DNA from: Sphaerodactylus townsendi
Lineage: Eukaryota
Direction: 5' to 3'
DNA: 64,000 nt
Assembly: GCF_021028975.2 (NCBI RefSeq)
Contig: NC_059435.1
Location: 34,906,001 to 34,970,000 of the forward strand
Part shown: piece after piece, positions 61,948-64,000 of the stretch
How positions within the stretch are numbered: position 1 is the first letter of the stretch
How the letters are laid out: every line of letters starts with the position of its first letter
Notes under the pieces: generated by a model
Database searches by the model: none
What the model saw: the letters and a program-made list of their open reading frames with translations, nothing else
What the model was told of the DNA's origin: nothing
Program-made: the position numbers and the translations under genes

Positions 61948-62460
61948 ATAGTTGCTGTTCCCCATTGCATTACACTCACCAACAAACTGCCTGTCCAGCT
62001 CCCCACACCATTGCTAGTGGATGGGAGCAGTGGTCATTAATGCACAGGACAAATAAAACATCTTGAGGACGCTAAAAGAAGCGTTTGGAGGAGGAAGTCC
62101 ACACAGCTTTTTCCCAAAAATGTCCTCATGACGTTTTATTTCTGTTCAACCCAAGAAAACACTAAACTAGTTATCTTTTCCCCCACAAGGTGGGTTGAAG
62201 ACACTTCCTGCTTGCTGTGCAGAAAGCAGGAAACGTTTTATTCCCTTGCTCACACTGTTAAAGCTCTCATTTTTGGCTTCGCAGCTTGCGCCTGCCAGTT
62301 TCTGCCGCTTCAGGATTATCCATGCCACCTGCCATTTGCTGAAGGTTCCCATGGATGTTTCCTCTACTCATCTGCTTGCCATTTCCATGTAAAAAGAATA
62401 TGAATAAAGTTAGTTTTCACTGTTGACTCTGTGCACATATTCTTTTTCCTTTTTGTTTTG
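61948..62460 (+). mobile_element. Second copy of the 56760 element (left half)
   Basis: Both start tagttgctgttcccca and share aaataaaacatcttgag..aaaagaagcgt..gaggaagtcc. Confidence 0.7.
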
Positions 62461-62809
62461 AGGATACTCAAGCCCATAGACTGAGTGCAGGTGACTATTT
62501 GTGGATGTATGGAGACTGAGGGAAACTGGGAGGTGATCTCCTATATATTCTTCTACCTTGACTTTCTTCAATAGATTGAAATGATCTGTTGCTTCAATAA
62601 AGTAGCCCCCTTATAACCTGATAAAATAAAATCACCTTTTCCATCTATTCCTTTTTGTCCATTCAGAATGATCAGTCCTCTTTGCAGAGAGAAATCAAAA
62701 CAATTGGTCTTTTGAAAATCTGCCTTTTGAAAATCTGTTGTACAAGTAGTGGGATGTAGTTTCTTCTAGTTCACTGCCAGGCTTTCTGGTCTGAATTACA
62801 AAAAGCAAC

Positions 62810-63169
62810 AGATGAGGCAGCTATCAATCTGCCGCACTGAGGGGTGTGTCTCTTGAGCAGCACCACACCTGGTGCTTTTCCATTACTGTTGACGATCAGC
62901 AAGCCTATTTTTTGCCGGGAGAATGAAGGTCACCAATAATTGGTTTGCTGCTCAAGAGACACACCCCTCAGTGTGGCAGAATGATAACTGTCTTGTCTGA
63001 CAGGTGTGTCTCTTGAGCAGCAAACCAATTATTGATGATGTTCTACTGTCCCTTGCCAAAAAATAGGCTTCCCTTCACAGTAATTGGTCTGCTGCTCAAG
63101 AGACATGCCCCTCTTTGCCACAGAAGGATAGCTGTCTGATCTGACAGGCATGTCTATTGAACAGCAAAC
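62810..63169. repeat. Alternating inverted-repeat array
   Basis: Five copies of gtgtctcttgagcagc in +,-,+,-,+ orientation. Confidence 0.85.
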
Positions 63170-64000
63170 CAGTGGCGTTCCTGCCTAGGGACAGGGGGTA
63201 CCCTTTGTCCCCGGGCGCCCCCCATTTGGTCACGTGGGGGGGCACCAACATTTCAAGGTCGTTTGTGTGTTTTTAAATTTTTAAGTGTTTTTTCACTTCC
63301 GGCCTGCAGGGGGCGCATTTTTAAAGCTGGCGGCACCAAAATTTCAGGGTACCATCCAGAGACTGTCCTGATGATACCACCCGAATTTGGTGATGTTTGG
63401 TTCAGGGGAAGCAAAGTTATGGACCCCCAAAGGGGGTGCCCCATCACCATTGTTTTCAATGGGAGCTAACCTGAGATGGGGGCTACCCATTTGAGGGACC
63501 ATAACTTTGGTCCCCCTGAACATAACTTCCCCAAACTTGGGTGGCATCATAAGAATAGTTACCAGATGATACCCTGAAATTTTGGTGTCACTAGCTTTAA
63601 AAATACACCCCTTTCAGGCACCCCAAGAAATTTGTCCAAGATTCTTTGTTTTGCAGTGACTTTGCTCCATTGTAGCCAATGGGGAATTTCTGAGTGTGTA
63701 GGCAGGCTGCACATTTTTGAAGATAGAGGCACCAGACTTTCAGGGTGGCTCCAGGAGGGCCTCCTGGTAAAAGCATCCAGGTTTGGAGACCTTTGCTTCT
63801 GGGGGTTCAATTTTATGGGCCCCCAAAAGGCTTATTTTGTTTCCCTGCTCCTGCACATGAAAGCCTGTGGGCTGAGTTCTCGCAGAACTCTCTCAACTCT
63901 CCCCCCCACCCACTCCAGAAGCAAAGCTCACCAAGCTTGGATGCTATTACTCAAGGCCTCTTGGAGCCACCTTGAAAGTCTGGCGAAGATATTCAAAAAT
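63170..64000. mobile_element. Non-autonomous hAT-type element with internal inverted/tandem units, runs off the window
   Basis: CAGTGGCG start, gtcacgtggggggc as in 43242; repeated caccaaaatttcagggt / aaagttatgg units. Confidence 0.8.

Noticed and set aside
62810-63169. CRISPR-like repeat/spacer array
   Set aside because: Vertebrate DNA, alternating orientation, non-unique spacers and no cas genes.
42300-64000. Coding exons of the plus-strand gene
   Set aside because: No exon with convincing splice sites and recognisable protein found; the region appears intronic, so the gene remains unidentified.

Overview
Vertebrate genomic DNA, almost certainly squamate and probably a gecko (Squam3-, Sauria- and 5S-type SINEs plus L2, CR1, L1, RTE, Penelope, hAT, Harbinger-type, Tc2 and Helitron elements). 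I found no intact protein-coding exon. The main result is a large decayed multi-exon gene on the minus strand, running from a CpG island at about 41.7 kb to beyond position 1. Its more than 20 exon remnants mostly keep splice signals. Read through their in-frame stops and frameshifts, they repeatedly resemble GREB1/GREB1L motifs. The gene is far too divergent to be GREB1 or GREB1L itself and appears to carry tandem duplicated GREB1-type modules. The GREB1L comparisons are by eye against the human sequence as I remember it and need confirming by tBLASTn or HMM. An unidentified plus-strand gene appears to start from two CpG-island promoters (about 22.1 kb, inside an intron of the pseudogene, and about 41.8-42.1 kb, head-to-head with it); its coding exons were not found in the window. 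A third CpG-rich patch (12.6-13.2 kb) is a TIR-bounded MITE, not a promoter. There are three N gaps, and the roughly 1.1-3 kb stretch looks like uncorrected long-read sequence.
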